From Dehalococcoidia bacterium (GTDB lineage: Bacteria; Chloroflexota; Dehalococcoidia; UBA2979): a stretch of DNA of 64,000 bases. The position numbers and the translations under genes are program-made. This document shows positions 34,839-50,287 of the stretch, one piece after another. The number at the start of each line of letters is the position of its first letter. Positions within the stretch are counted from its first letter, which is position 1. The stretch covers positions 832,001-896,000 of the forward strand of contig OZ244720.1 of assembly GCA_965219085.1 (NCBI GenBank), given 5' to 3'. The notes beneath the pieces are model-generated. The model searched no databases. It had not been told where the DNA came from and saw nothing but the letters and a program-made list of their open reading frames with translations.

Positions 34839-35777
34839 GTGGCCACAGTAGCCGTCATCGGTGCCGGGGCGGTCGGCTCCTACTACGGCGCGCGCCTCGC
34901 GCAGGCCGGGCACGACGTGCGCTTCCTCCTCCGCCGCGACTACGACGCCGTCGCCGAGCGCGGCCTCCGCATCGAGTCGCACCACGGCGACTTCGCACTC
35001 GAACGCCCTGCCATCGCCCGCGACCCCGCCGCTATCGGCACTGTCGACTGGGTGCTCTGCGGCCTCAAGACCACAGCCCTCGACGACGCAGCCGCCCTCA
35101 TCCGCCCCTGCCTCACGCCCGAGACGCGCGTGCTCGCCATCATGAATGGCCTCGGCATCGAGGAGCGGCTCGCCTCCTCACTCGGTACCGAAAACGTCTT
35201 CGGCGGGCTCGCCTTCACCTGTATCAACCGAGGCGAACCGGGCGTCATTCACCACATCGAGTACGGCCAGATCGGCATCGCACACCTCCGCGACGACCCC
35301 GCGGAGCTCGACCGCGCCCTCGCGCTCTGGCAGCACGCGACCGTCGAGGTCACCCGTCAGCCTTCGCTGCTGCGTGCGCGCTGGGAGAAGCTCTGCTGGA
35401 ACGTGCCCTTCAACGGCCTCACCGTAGCCGCCGGCGGCGTGACCACCGAGGTGATCGTCACCGACCCCGCCCTGCGCGCCGAGGCGCGCGCACTCATGGA
35501 GGAGGTCGTCGCTGCCGGCAACGCCGAACTTGCCGCCGCCGGCAGCTCCGATCGCATCGACGGCAAGGCCGTCATCGCGCGCATGTTCGAGCTCACCGAC
35601 GCGATGGGCCCCTACCGCCCCAGCACCCTCATCGATTATCTCGAGGGGCGCGCGATCGAGGTGCACGCCATCTTCGCCGAGCCCGCAAGGCACGCGCGCG
35701 CCCTCGGCGTCCCAACCCCACGCATGGACATGCTCACCGCGCTCCTCGGCCGGCTCGACCCGAGGAGCGAGGGCTGA
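34839..35777 (+). CDS. panE: 2-dehydropantoate 2-reductase (ketopantoate reductase family)
   Basis: GAGAVGSYYG, NGLG.EE, WEKL.WNVPFN, PST..D...GR.IE. Confidence 0.88.
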   Translation: MATVAVIGAGAVGSYYGARLAQAGHDVRFLLRRDYDAVAERGLRIESHHGDFALERPAIARDPAAIGTVDWVLCGLKTTALDDAAALIRPCLTPETRVLAIMNGLGIEERLASSLGTENVFGGLAFTCINRGEPGVIHHIEYGQIGIAHLRDDPAELDRALALWQHATVEVTRQPSLLRARWEKLCWNVPFNGLTVAAGGVTTEVIVTDPALRAEARALMEEVVAAGNAELAAAGSSDRIDGKAVIARMFELTDAMGPYRPSTLIDYLEGRAIEVHAIFAEPARHARALGVPTPRMDMLTALLGRLDPRSEG

Positions 35778-36192
35778 CGGGCTGCCGTCAGGCCGCTCGG
35801 ATCCGAAAGCGGTTCCGCGTGCTCCAGGGCTCGCACGTCAGCCGACGATCGCTCCACGGAGGGACCGTTAGCGAGGGCACACTTGGTGGGACACGCTAGC
35901 TTCGCGGTGCTCGGCTCCCTAGCCCCATGCGACGAACATCGGTATCACTGTTCAGAATCGACCAAATCGAGCGCGTGCCGCTGGTTGTGAGGGCGGAGTT
36001 GCCGCGAGGCAAGGGGCGCGCTCGAGCCTGAGCGAGACGGCGTTCGGCGGTGGTAGCAATGAGCCGACGCCTGGGAGAGGCGCCTAGATGGCTGACGCGA
36101 GGCGTTCGCATACGTCTTGAAGAGCCGACTCTTTCGCGCGAGGACATCCCATCTCGACGGCGTATGGCCCGACTGCAGCTTACGTCGCCGCG

Positions 36193-39100
36193 TTGAAGGG
36201 GATCGTGATCGCTCGCTTGTTCTGGCGTATGATCGTGCTGCGCCCGACGCTCCGGCATCTCCCCGCCTCAGGAGTTCTGCTCGTGGCCGCAAGCGGCCCC
36301 CATTCAACCCACTGCCCTACCCGTATCGTGGACGACGCGCCTGCTGGCGAGGACGTCTTCGGCTCACACGCGCCGATTGCGGATGCCGTCCACGAGGTGA
36401 TCACCACAGAGCCGGGTGGCCGCACGATTGGGCTTGAGGGCAGCTGGGGTTCAGGCAAGTCGACGGTTGTCAGGCTCCTTGCCGAGCGCCTAGACGGGCC
36501 CGAGTCCCAGGTTGTCCTGTTCGACGCATGGGCACATGAGGGCGACCCGTTGCGCCGAGCGTTCCTCGACAAGCTAATCACTAGCCTCGCGCCGACGGGC
36601 TGGGTCGACGAGAAGGCATGGAGTGACCGGCGCGAGGAGCTGGCCCGTCGTCGGCGCGTCGAGCACACACGCCCCGTGCCGAAGCTCGAGGCGCCGGCAA
36701 TTGTGGCAGCCGCACTGGCAGCACTCTTCGCGATTCTCTGTCTGCAGGAGCCGTGCTCCTCGAATTGGGGTACGTAGATGGTGCTAGCTGGCCAAGCTGG
36801 CCGGGCTGGACGATCTACGGAATCCTCGCCGCCGGCGTCGTATTCGGCGCGGCGGGCTTAGTGCTGCGCAGGGCCTTAGGAAATGAGAGCGATACATGGC
36901 TCTCACTGCTCTCCGTCGAGTCTGTGACCGAGTCGACAAGTGAGACGATCGAGACTCCCGACCCGACGTCAATCGAGTTCGAAGCGACATTCAAGGAGCT
37001 GATGCGCGAGGCGCTCAGTGCGAATCGATCAAGGAGGCTCGTTCTGGTTGTCGACAACCTTGACCGTGTGGCGCCGGAGGACGCGCGCTCGATCTGGTCA
37101 ACGCTACAGACGTTCCTGCATCACTCGCACGATGACCGCCCACTTTGGCTCGACTCGCTATGGGTGCTGCTGCCGTACGATCGCTCCGGCATCGCACGAC
37201 TGTGGGACAGGTCGGACGATGCTGAGGGCAGAGGCGCCGAGGCTCGAGGCGAACTGGCAGGATCTTTCATTGATAAGAGTATTCAGGTGGGGTTCGAGGT
37301 CCCTCTGCCCCTGCTTTCGGATTGGCGCGCCTACCTCGAATCGACTCTGCGCTCGGCGCTCCCGGACTGCGGCGAAGCGGACGGCCATACAGCTCACCGC
37401 ATGTACGCACGCAAGGTGGCGAACGCCGAGAAGTCCCCGAGTCCCCGAGAAATAAAGCAGTACGTCAACCGCATCGGTGCGCTCCACCGCCGATGGGAGC
37501 ACGAGATTCCCTTCGTGAGCGTGGCCTACTACGCAAGCCTCGATTCGAGCGGAACGGAGGTGGCCGAGCGCCTCCGGCGAAACGAGCTGCCTCACCCGCT
37601 GTTAGCGGGCCTGCTCCCCGAGGAGGCCGCCGCTCATCTCGCCGCTATTGCGTTCAATACTGATCCGGCCCGCGCCCGCCAGTTGCTGTATGGCCCCCTG
37701 ATCGAGCAAGCGCTCTCGAGCGAGACATCCGAGGATCTCTTAGCTTAGGGCTGGCCGACCGGCCCGGCTTCCGGGAGGCGCTCCCGCAGTCACCGGCCCT
37801 TCTGGTTGGCATGGGCACCCCTGCGCTGCTCACGGCAGCGCGTCGACTGCTGGATGTCCCGGTGGAGCCACCGCCCGGCAGCCGAGTGGCGCGAAGTCAC
37901 CTCGCTGCTCGTACGGCAGGGACTTGCAGTCGAGGACTGGCCGGCACTGACTCTTGAGTTCGCCGACGAACTGTCGGGGTTACTCTCCCTTCTCGACGAG
38001 ACGGTTGCAGCAAGAATCGCCGCCCGCGCGGCTGCTACGGCGATCCCCGACGAAGGTACCGCGCAATGGACTGAGGGCGCGCACGCGCTCCTTGGGCGGT
38101 TCGAGTGGCTGGCCCTGCAACGGCCGGCCCTCCGGAAGCCGTATGCGACGTGCTCGCGCATTCCGCATCCCTCCAAGGATGGGAAGAACGCGTACGTAGG
38201 TTGAAGATCGAGCCCAGCGCCCGAGCTGGGCTCGACGACGTGATCGTCGAGCGGATCGCAGAAGAGCCATTGGACGCCACCAGCGCGCTCTCCGCCCTTC
38301 GTCGGATCGAGCCCGATATCGAGTGGCGCCCCTTCGTTGACGCTGCCGTCAACCGCCTTCGTAACGGTGCTCCGTCGCGAGAGGCAGAGCCGCAGCCGAC
38401 CCCACGCGAATCGCGGTCCCTGCTGAGAATCTTGCGGATTCCGCGCCAAGGCTCACCCGAAGAACGCGCAGCTCTCGTGGAAGAGGGGGTGGCGCTCGAA
38501 TACGTGTGGCTGGCGGATCAGGAGGTTGAGCCTCTTGCATTCGGTGACTGGGTCTACGAGGAACTCCGCCAGTTCGCGCCCGAGTCGTGGGCTAGCCGGA
38601 GCTACCCGGGCTACGCGCCATCGGGCAAGACCTCGTCGACGCCCTGCTCTCCGACCCGTCGAACCAGCCCGTCGACGCGCTCGCTCAGGCGATCGTCCGG
38701 CGTCGCGACTTCGACGTGATCGCATCTGTCGGGGCGCACACTCAAGGCAAGTTGCTGGCGAGCGCGCTCGTCGCGGAACTCCGGGAGTCTGACCGATTCA
38801 AGGTAGCGCTCAACGGCAGCCGCTTTCGCTCGCTTTGGCCGCACATCGCCCGTGCTGCGGCGACGGACGAACTGAATGTCAACGAGCTGGTCCGGGTGCT
38901 GTGTGCGAGTCAATCATTCGTGGAGGAACTCGAATCTGAAGGGTTCGCGGAAGACCAGATGGGGATGTACGAGGCTGTGGTCACAGCTCACCCCGACCAC
39001 GGCAAAGCCGGTCTCCTGGCCGCATGGGTGGCGGAGTCGCTCTCAAACCTCACGCTCGCTCAGTGGCAGGCGGCGGTGGCCGAATCCGACGAGTGGGTGG

Positions 39101-39627
39101 CGCTGCTCGGTGCAGGTCACAACGCCGCCCCGAACGCGCGCATTCGTGGTGCGTACGCGCATGCGCTCGCGAGGTTCCTCGAACAGGTCGCCGAAGGGCG
39201 CGAAGTCACCAGCCACGAGGTCGAGCAGTGGAGTCGCAGCGTGGTTCCACTGCTCGCACCTGCCGTGGCGGGAGCCTACGCCGAGGGCATCGCCCAAGGG
39301 GCGGCGAATGCGGGAGGCGGATTGCCTCAGGGTTTCCTCGACTTGGTTGGAGACACCCTCAAGGAGCCTCGGATCTTCATGCGCCCCAACATCCGCGATG
39401 GGCTCGTCCCTAATCTCGTCATTGAACGAAACGCCGCGGGACTCTCGTGGCTCATCGATGCTCTGCACGACGCCGAGACGGCCCGGAACTCCCCGCCGGA
39501 CGCGTTCGATGCGTTGGCCGAGGTCGTGCGTACGTCGCTCGGCCACGATGAGGACACCGACAAGCAACTGCGGCAGATTGCCGCGCTGATCGGCCTGGAC
39601 CTAGAAGAGCCACAAACCGACCCGTAG
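36193..39627 (+). pseudogene. KAP-family P-loop NTPase with long C-terminal region, multiply frameshifted
   Basis: GLEGSWGSGKST, FDAWAHEGD, TM hairpin, VVDNLDR, SPREIKQYVN; broken into about five ORFs. Confidence 0.8.
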
Positions 39628-39703
39628 CCCGCCCGACCCCGGCCCGCGATGACGTCATTACTCCGACAACCAGACTTGCTGGCGGACTTCGTGACAGGAG
39701 ATG

Positions 39704-42844
<3,141 letters not shown>

Positions 42845-42847
42845 GGA

Positions 42848-43201
42848 TTATTCCCGGAGTCGGATCCGTGAGTGCTCCACGATCCATAGCTGGCCCCTGG
42901 GGGATGACTCTTCCAGTCGCTCAATCAAGATGGGGGTCACCTCCAGGAGAGCATCCCGCGCTGCACTGGGTAGCCGGAACACGATGATGCCGGCATATTC
43001 CGCCGGCGGGTACGTTCGTATGTCTGAGAAATCCAGATCTTGCGTGACGAGCACCCGCTGCTCGGCGATACAGATCGCCGCTATCTCCGTGTCCGGGGCG
43101 CCGCCCAGGCCCTCGTCGACGACCGTGGCCGCGTCATGGCCGGACTCCGTAAACAGGCGCTTGAGCTGAATCGGCAGGTTCTCGTCGAGCTTGACCCGCA
43201 T
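42848..43201 (-). CDS. DUF5615 PIN-like protein
   Basis: KLDENLP...GHDA.TV...VLVTQDLDF. Confidence 0.85.
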   Translation of the reverse strand: MRVKLDENLPIQLKRLFTESGHDAATVVDEGLGGAPDTEIAAICIAEQRVLVTQDLDFSDIRTYPPAEYAGIIVFRLPSAARDALLEVTPILIERLEESSPRGQLWIVEHSRIRLRE

Positions 43202-43210
43202 GGGGCGTCC

Positions 43211-43462
<252 letters not shown>

Positions 43463-43516
43463 TCATGTTCCTCTCGCGTCGTTCCGACTGTCAAACAGTT
43501 GCCGACACGCCGCCCG

Positions 43517-43688
43517 GCCGTGCGAGGGCGTCGCGCAGGCGCTGTTCCAGCACGACGACGCCGTAGTCGGCGCGCTCCTCGCCGGGCGCGCCGGACGCGA
43601 TGTCGGGCCCGTGCGCGGTCTGCCAGCCAAGGTCGCCGAGCCACTCAAGCGCGGCGTCCTCGACATCGGCTTCGGTGAGGGTGGTCAT
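43517..43688 (-). repeat. Diverged duplicate of the first 172 bp of hsdR (copy of 42673-42844)
   Basis: [31 protein letters not shown] versus [31 protein letters not shown]. Confidence 0.88.
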
Positions 43689-43714
43689 GACCCGCTGTTC
43701 ACGCCTTTGACTAG

Positions 43715-45007
43715 CAGGGTGCTGAAAAAGGCGCGGCCATCTGGCAGGATAGCGAAGGCGGCGGGGGCGTAGCCTGGGAGGCAGCCCCGTGCGAGGCGAC
43801 GCCGAGCGCCAGACCAACATGTTGCTGGCGGTGACGCCGGACTCCTTCATCCCGGACGACCACCCGATCCGACGCATCAAGCCGATCGTCGATGCAGCGC
43901 TGCAGCGGCTCTCGCCGCTCTTCGGCACGATGTACGCAACGAGCGGGCGGCCCTCGATCCCGCCCGAGCACCTGCTCAAGGCGAGCCTGCTGATCGCGCT
44001 CTACTCGATCCGCAGCGAGCGCCAGTTCTGCGAGCGGCTGCGCTACGACCTGCTCTTCAAGTGGTTCTTGGACCTCAACATCTCAGACGCGCCGTTCGAC
44101 GCCTCGAGCTTCTCGAAGAACCGCGAGCGCCTGCTCGCAGCCGATGTCGCGCGCGCCTTCTTCGCCGAGGTGGTGGCCGAGGCAAAGCGCCGCCGGCTGC
44201 TCTCCGCCGAGCACTTCACCGTGGACGGGACGCTGCTGGAGGCCTGGGCCTCGCTCAAGAGCTACCGCCCGCGCGACGGGCAGGAGCCACCCCCGGGCGG
44301 ACGCAACCCGGACGTGGACTTCCGCGGGCGGCGGCGCAGCCGCGATACGCATAGCTCCGGCACCGACCCGCAGGCGCAGCTGTACACAAAGGGAGCGGGG
44401 CAGACGGCGAAACTGAGCTACATGGGCCATCTGCTCACCGAGAACCGTCACGGCCTGGTGCTGGACGTGGAGTTGACCGAGGCGAACGGGTACGCCGAGC
44501 GCGAGGCCGCGGTCACGATGCTGGAGCGCAGCGTGAGCGGCTGCGGGACGCTGGGCGCCGACCGCGGCTACGACACGCGCGACTTCGTGGCGGAACTGCG
44601 CGCGCGCGGCGTGACGCCGCACGTGGCGCAAAACGACCGCGGCCGCCGCAGCGCCGTGGACGGGCGCACCACGCGGCATCGCGGCTACAGGCAGAGTCAG
44701 CAGCGGCGCAAGATCGTGGAGCAGGTCTTCGGCTGGATGAAGACCGTGGGCGGCGGGCGCAAGCTGCGTTTCGTGGGCCGCGAGCGCAACCGCGGCTGGC
44801 TGGAGCTCACCGCCGCCGCCTACAACCTCGTGCGCATGGCCAGGCTCGAACTCGCCCCTGCGTAGGCGCAGTGCGCCCTCCGGCCGGTCCGGGAGCCCTC
44901 AGAGGCCCCCGGGGGCAGGTCAGGAGGCCACCATCACGAAGCCGGAGGCGGCTTCAAGCCGCCTCTCGCCACTCCGAGACCCCGGAAGGCGCTTCTTCAG
45001 CACCCTG
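43715..45007 (+). mobile_element. IS5-family element (1293 bp), copy 1, CTAG duplication
   Basis: IR CAGGGTGCTGAA; CTAG at 43711 and 45008. Confidence 0.95.
43789..44865 (+). CDS. IS5-family transposase
   Basis: GRPSIPPE.LL, FSKNR.R, VDGTL, ADRGYD, VEQVFGW.K. Confidence 0.93.
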   Translation: MRGDAERQTNMLLAVTPDSFIPDDHPIRRIKPIVDAALQRLSPLFGTMYATSGRPSIPPEHLLKASLLIALYSIRSERQFCERLRYDLLFKWFLDLNISDAPFDASSFSKNRERLLAADVARAFFAEVVAEAKRRRLLSAEHFTVDGTLLEAWASLKSYRPRDGQEPPPGGRNPDVDFRGRRRSRDTHSSGTDPQAQLYTKGAGQTAKLSYMGHLLTENRHGLVLDVELTEANGYAEREAAVTMLERSVSGCGTLGADRGYDTRDFVAELRARGVTPHVAQNDRGRRSAVDGRTTRHRGYRQSQQRRKIVEQVFGWMKTVGGGRKLRFVGRERNRGWLELTAAAYNLVRMARLELAPA

Positions 45008-46298
45008 CTAGATCCCAAGCGCGATCAGCCACGCTGACGCTCGCGTTACGGACTTCGATACGGACTGGTAGCACGGCCGAGATTGGCTCAGACAGATTCT
45101 CGGCGTGGATGACACACTCAAGCGCCCCTTCGATCTCGGCGTCGGTATAACTGACGAATATCTCGCTCCTGAAATACTCCTCGTCAGCGCCGTGGCGCCA
45201 CTGTGTGCATTCCAGGGCGTAGGAGTCCACCGGATCGTGAGGCAATCCGCCCTTGCAGTAGAAGCCATTCGGATCCCGTCGCTCACCTCCAATCTGCTGC
45301 GATCCCAAGAGTCCGCCCGCGTACAAGGAAGGCATGTCGAGCAGGCTGGGTGGCGACGGAAGGTACGTGCGCTCCCTTGAATCGGCGTAAAAGCTCCATT
45401 CGGAACGATGCGGCCGGATCCTGAAGTCACCCATCGCGGAAATGGCTACGAGCACGTCCTTACCCGGACGCGTGCCTGTGTTCGTCGCCACGATCTCGAA
45501 GGCAACGCCCTCCGACTCCACCTGCATCTCATCGTGAATGCTCCGGAGGATTTGCTCACATTCTGCCAACCAGCTCTGGTAAGCATCTGGTCGCATCAAC
45601 CACCCCACAGGTGGTGCGCGCCTCCTTAGTTCTCGCATGAGGCCAGTCAGTTCGTCGTCCGGAAGCGGGACGGGTACATGGTGAACCGCCCTGAGTTCTC
45701 GGATCTTCTGCCCCTCCTGATCCACGAAAGCCACATCGAAGTCCGGCCCAGCCTGTAGCCTCGCGATCTGCGTCCGGAGTTTCGCGTTCTCCCTCTCTGC
45801 CTGGCTCGGCTCCGGATCGCGTAGCCATGTTTCCGGGATTGAGATGAAGGGCAGACTGAGCGCTTGCGCCGTCATCAGGGCACCCGAGTCATCTGTCAGT
45901 AGCCGCGCGTCGTGCCGCGGGTTCTGTTTGAGATACTCGTACAGATGACCAACTATCGCGTCGTCGGCTTGGGTATAGTCGAGATTGCCCTCTAGCTCGG
46001 GGGCCGGCTTTCCGGGACCGCCCAAAAGAAGCTTGACTTGAGGATTGGCTTCCCGAACCAATACGTGGTTCTGTCCCGAGTCAATGATGCTCCGGAACAG
46101 TTGGTTGGCCTTTCGCGCTCGACGCCCGACGCGGTCGTTACCGCGGTTCTTCTGCTGGTCGATCTCGCGTTGGACCGGGCGGCTCACGATCAAGTGCACT
46201 TCCTGAAATTCTGCCCACGAAGACCAATCGAGCTCATCCAATGCCCGGCACTGGATGAAAAGGTTCGTGTCGGGAAACAGGTGGACGATTTGCTTCAC
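44997..46298 (-). CDS. PIN-domain nuclease inside the RM operon (last 8 codons replaced by IS sequence)
   Basis: FPDTNLF, VQREID, ADDAI, LLTDD acidic PIN tetrad; GTG 4 nt after the hsdS stop. Confidence 0.75.
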   Translation of the reverse strand: MKQIVHLFPDTNLFIQCRALDELDWSSWAEFQEVHLIVSRPVQREIDQQKNRGNDRVGRRARKANQLFRSIIDSGQNHVLVREANPQVKLLLGGPGKPAPELEGNLDYTQADDAIVGHLYEYLKQNPRHDARLLTDDSGALMTAQALSLPFISIPETWLRDPEPSQAERENAKLRTQIARLQAGPDFDVAFVDQEGQKIRELRAVHHVPVPLPDDELTGLMRELRRRAPPVGWLMRPDAYQSWLAECEQILRSIHDEMQVESEGVAFEIVATNTGTRPGKDVLVAISAMGDFRIRPHRSEWSFYADSRERTYLPSPPSLLDMPSLYAGGLLGSQQIGGERRDPNGFYCKGGLPHDPVDSYALECTQWRHGADEEYFRSEIFVSYTDAEIEGALECVIHAENLSEPISAVLPVRIEVRNASVSVADRAWDLAGC

Positions 46299-46302
46299 CG
46301 TC

Positions 46303-47571
46303 TCAAACTTCCGTGCTGCCGCGGGCGAGCTGTAATTCACCCGACACGAGGCGCGGTAGCAGTGCGTCCCGAAGATCAGCGATCGATCTTGAGAGTTCCG
46401 AGTTCGAATCGGACGAGGCGTAGAGAGGGTCGGTCAGGTCAGCGAAGCGGATGAGGACAGAGTCAGGCGGGACCGCGACGGCCTGCGCCTTGAGATCGCG
46501 TTGGGTGATGAGCGGCTGGGTTGAACCGCGGTTCAAGTTCGGCAAGTCTACCTCCCGAACGACCCCAACGAGCCAGCTGAACTCGGCGGGGCGGCTGGGA
46601 ATGATTACTAGAGTGTTGTCTGAAGGCCACACCGGGAAGCTCACGCGGTGCACGATCCCGAGAGTTCCGACACGCCCGGTGATTATGACCGGAGAAGAAT
46701 AGAGCGCCTCGTCTGCGTACGCCATCGCGCCGGCGCCCCCGAATATTGGGACGTTTGCAGTGGCCGAGGGCTGCGCGTGACGCTCGATCGGTCGTTTCCC
46801 GCTTGAGATGTCGGTTAGCTCCCCCAGCGCCTTCACCTCCCACCCTGCCGGTACCTCCCCCAGCTCCGACGCCTCGAACGATGCGGGGAACAGCGCGTCG
46901 AGGTCGGGCGGGAGGCCCGAGGGCCGGCCCTCGGCCTTCGCGCGCACCGGGTCGAAGTCCACGAACCACGACCGGAACAGCGCCCGCGCCATCTCCTCGA
47001 GCGTCTCGCTCATGCGCCGGTTCAGCTCGATCCGGTCGTCGAGCGCGCCGAGCACGCGCGCGATCGCGCGCTGCTCGTCTAGGGGCGGGATGCGGACCGG
47101 TATTGAAGCGAGGATTGACTGATTCAGAAGTGGCTGACCGGAGCCACTCCTGTGGTCGTTCAAGTTGAGGGCACGAAGGAGATAGAACAGAAACTTCGTA
47201 TTGTTCGTCGCGACCGCTCTCGAGCGAATGGCATTATCTGTTACCCAGCAAGACTCCTCGCTGTAGTGCAATGACCCGCAATAGCTTCCCACTCTTCCGA
47301 TAATGATGGTGCCTTCTGGAGAGTTTGCCTTGCTGGTAAACCCCATTACCCCATTGGCTCCGTACACGGGGACGGGCATCTGATCAGAGCGATCTGGACT
47401 TGTCGTGCCATTCGAGAAAGACATCACATCTCCGAGTGTCATCGCCTGCCACTTCCTCGCTGACGACTGACCTCCCTCAGGGACGAGTACTTGCAGCAGC
47501 CGACCAGCGTGAGCACGCTGACCGTCATCGTCTACCATTCGGCCGGTCCGACCAGATCCTAGATCTGTCAC
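46303..47571 (-). CDS. hsdS: Type I RM specificity subunit
   Basis: Two lower-GC TRDs (GRVG, GSGQP/GSTQP) separated by [10 protein letters not shown]...WFVDF; [14 protein letters not shown]. Confidence 0.92.
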   Translation of the reverse strand: MTDLGSGRTGRMVDDDGQRAHAGRLLQVLVPEGGQSSARKWQAMTLGDVMSFSNGTTSPDRSDQMPVPVYGANGVMGFTSKANSPEGTIIIGRVGSYCGSLHYSEESCWVTDNAIRSRAVATNNTKFLFYLLRALNLNDHRSGSGQPLLNQSILASIPVRIPPLDEQRAIARVLGALDDRIELNRRMSETLEEMARALFRSWFVDFDPVRAKAEGRPSGLPPDLDALFPASFEASELGEVPAGWEVKALGELTDISSGKRPIERHAQPSATANVPIFGGAGAMAYADEALYSSPVIITGRVGTLGIVHRVSFPVWPSDNTLVIIPSRPAEFSWLVGVVREVDLPNLNRGSTQPLITQRDLKAQAVAVPPDSVLIRFADLTDPLYASSDSNSELSRSIADLRDALLPRLVSGELQLARGSTEV

Positions 47572-49124
47572 GCGCCGTACCCCAACGCCTCCAGGTTCGC
47601 CTCGATCTCCGCGTCGAGGCGCTCGGCCTCGGCGCGCTGCTCGCGCCACTGCGCGGCGAGGCGCGTCATCTTCTCCTCAAACGGCTCGCCGTCGTCCTCC
47701 TGCGGCGCTGCGCCGACGTAGCGGCCCGGCGTGAGCACGTGCCCGTGCCGTCGCACCTCCTCGAGGTCCGCCGACTTGCAGAAGCCGGGTACGTCGACGT
47801 ACTCGCCGGCGCCCTCCTCGCCGCGCCACGCGTGGTAGGTGTCGGCGATGAGCGCGATGTCCTCGGTGGTCAGTTCGCGGTGCGTGCGGTCGGTCATGCG
47901 GCCCATCGCGCGGGCGTCGATGAACAGCACCTCGCCGCGGCGGTCGCGGAACCGGCCGTTGCGGCGGTCGCGCGCCAGGAACCACAGGCACGCCGGGATT
48001 TGCGTCGAGTAGAAGAGCTGCCCGGGCATCGCGACCATGCAGTCGACCATGCCCTCCTCGACGAGCCGCTCGCGGATCTCGCCCTCGCCGCGCTGGTTCG
48101 AGGACATCGAGCCGTTGGCGAGCACGAAGCCGGCGATGCCCGCCGGTGCGAGGTGGTGGACGAAGTGCTGCACCCACGCGAAGTTCGCGTTGCCCGCGGG
48201 CGGGACGCCGTACTGCCAGCGCTGGTCGTCGGCGAGGCGTTCGCCGCCCCAGTCCGAGACGTTGAACGGCGGATTCGCGAGGATGTAGTCGGCCCGGAGG
48301 TCCGGGTGGCGGTCGTTGTGGAAGCTGTCACCGTGGGCGATCTGGCCCTCGATGCCCCGGATCGCGAGGTTCATCTTCGCGAGTCGCCAGGTGGTGTGGT
48401 TGGACTCCTGGCCCCAGATCGAGATGGGCGCGCTCGCCTTCCCGCCGTTGCCGTTCCCGGTCGCATGGGCTCGAATGAACTCGAGGGACTGCACGAACAT
48501 CCCCGAAGAGCCGCAGCAGGGATCGTAGACGCGGCCCTCGTACGGTTCGAGCATCTCGACCAGCAGCCGCACCACGCTGCGCGGTGTGTAGAACTCGCCG
48601 CCCCGCTTGCCTTCTGACTCCGCGAAGCGGGAGAGGAAGTACTCGTACACGCGCCCCAGCACGTCCCGCGATCGGGCGTCCTCGTCGCCCACGACGATGT
48701 TGCTGACCTGGTCGATCAACTGGCCCAGGCGCTGCTTGTCGAGCGCTGGGCGGGCATAGTCCTTCGGCAGGACGTCGCGCAGCGCAGGGTTCGCTTCCTC
48801 GATGGCGGTCATTGCTTCGTCGACCGTCTGCCCGATGGTCGACTGGCGGGCCTGCGCCTGCAGCACGGACCAGCGCGCCTCCTTCGGCACCCACAGGATG
48901 TTGCGAGCGAGGTACTCGTCGGGATGATCGGGGTCCGCGCCCTGGTCGCGCTCAGCCTCGAGCTGCGCGCGGGTCTCCTCGAAGGCGTCGGAGACGTACT
49001 TGAGGAAGATGAGCCCGAGCACGACGTGCTTGTACTCACCGGCGTCCATGCTGCCGCGCAGCGCGTCGGCCATCTCCCAGAGTTCGGCCTCGTAGCCCGT
49101 GGTGACGCTGTTGTCGCTGGTCAT
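47568..49124 (-). CDS. hsdM: Type I RM methyltransferase subunit
   Basis: [22 protein letters not shown]; probable start ATG at 49124. Confidence 0.95.
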   Translation of the reverse strand: MTSDNSVTTGYEAELWEMADALRGSMDAGEYKHVVLGLIFLKYVSDAFEETRAQLEAERDQGADPDHPDEYLARNILWVPKEARWSVLQAQARQSTIGQTVDEAMTAIEEANPALRDVLPKDYARPALDKQRLGQLIDQVSNIVVGDEDARSRDVLGRVYEYFLSRFAESEGKRGGEFYTPRSVVRLLVEMLEPYEGRVYDPCCGSSGMFVQSLEFIRAHATGNGNGGKASAPISIWGQESNHTTWRLAKMNLAIRGIEGQIAHGDSFHNDRHPDLRADYILANPPFNVSDWGGERLADDQRWQYGVPPAGNANFAWVQHFVHHLAPAGIAGFVLANGSMSSNQRGEGEIRERLVEEGMVDCMVAMPGQLFYSTQIPACLWFLARDRRNGRFRDRRGEVLFIDARAMGRMTDRTHRELTTEDIALIADTYHAWRGEEGAGEYVDVPGFCKSADLEEVRRHGHVLTPGRYVGAAPQEDDGEPFEEKMTRLAAQWREQRAEAERLDAEIEANLEALGYGA

Positions 49125-49210
49125 GGCGTGTTCACCTCGGGGCCGGACCGAGCAGGTCTGCAACGGCATCGAGGCCGACGGATGTCGCCTCGAGCCGCTG
49201 GACGGACAGT

Positions 49211-50287
49211 CTACCGGTCCGGGCCCGGACCTCCGTCCCACTGCCTGAATTCCTCGGGCAGGATCGTCAGAAGCGCGTCCGGTTCCATCCCATACACGTC
49301 GTGGGTGCGCTCGAGCTGGTCGAGCACGCGGATCAAGTGGCGGAGACCGCCACGGCTGAAGTTGAAGCCACGCTTCTGCTGCGCACCATGCGTGTACAGG
49401 CGCAGGATCAACGGCACGATTCCGACCGAGTTGAAGACGCGGATGGCGCCAAACGACCTCTGTGCTATATCGCCCCACCACGTCAGGTCCTTGTCGAGGA
49501 GGAACCCCGCGCGCTCCCCCTGCTGTTCGTAGAGACGCCACGACCCCCAGAGGTAGTGCCGGAACCGCAGCTCGTACGAACGGGAGGCGCCATCCCGGCG
49601 ATCGACGACGAACGTCTCGTCCAGCGGCGACAACTGGACGGCGCCGTTCTCCCGGCGCGCCGTCTCCGCGAAGTAGAACAAGCCCAACCACGACCAGACA
49701 CCGGCGTGGTCGGCCACCAGGTGCGCGACCGGTTTCAGCAGCGGCTCGAAGTACTCCGCGACTTCTCGACGCGCCCGGAACGGGCGTCGCTCCACCTCGA
49801 TCTCACCGACGAACCGGGCCGCGTAGCGCTCGTCGTAGAGCAGATCGGGCGGCGGTTCCATCGCGCCGGTGGGGTCGTCGCGGAGGTCCGTGAGGAACTC
49901 GCGTGCACGCTCGATGCCGTCGGGCGTGAGCCGGCGCAGCCGCTGGCGCTCGACCCGGCGGGGCTGGCAAAGACCCGTCCGGGCGGTTTCGGCCAGCTCG
50001 TCGATCTCCCGCGACAACGACTCCCGGGGCTGTGACGGCGTGGAGGGGGTCTCGACGCCGAGGAGCTGGGCGGTGAGCACGTCGATGGCCTGGTTGATCC
50101 GGGCCAGCATGGTCGCCCGGCGCACCTTGTGGCCCGGCACACCTGCTGCCTCGACGAAGGCGCCCCATGCAGGTGTCCCGGGCTCTGCATAGTCCCGGAG
50201 GTTCACCCGCCGGGGTGCGCCTTCCTCCCCCAGTGCGTCGCGGATCTCGCGGAGTCTCGACAGCGCTTCGGGGCCGTGGTCGTTCAT
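49211..50287 (-). CDS. Hypothetical protein, gene C of the GHKL cassette
   Basis: 358 aa; [22 protein letters not shown] motifs; ATGA coupling to gene B. Confidence 0.75.
   Translation of the reverse strand: MNDHGPEALSRLREIRDALGEEGAPRRVNLRDYAEPGTPAWGAFVEAAGVPGHKVRRATMLARINQAIDVLTAQLLGVETPSTPSQPRESLSREIDELAETARTGLCQPRRVERQRLRRLTPDGIERAREFLTDLRDDPTGAMEPPPDLLYDERYAARFVGEIEVERRPFRARREVAEYFEPLLKPVAHLVADHAGVWSWLGLFYFAETARRENGAVQLSPLDETFVVDRRDGASRSYELRFRHYLWGSWRLYEQQGERAGFLLDKDLTWWGDIAQRSFGAIRVFNSVGIVPLILRLYTHGAQQKRGFNFSRGGLRHLIRVLDQLERTHDVYGMEPDALLTILPEEFRQWDGGPGPDR

Noticed and set aside
47568-49691. 707-aa HsdM and 581-aa gene B as given in the ORF track
   Set aside because: The N-terminal extensions overlap other genes; probable starts are 49124 and 51063
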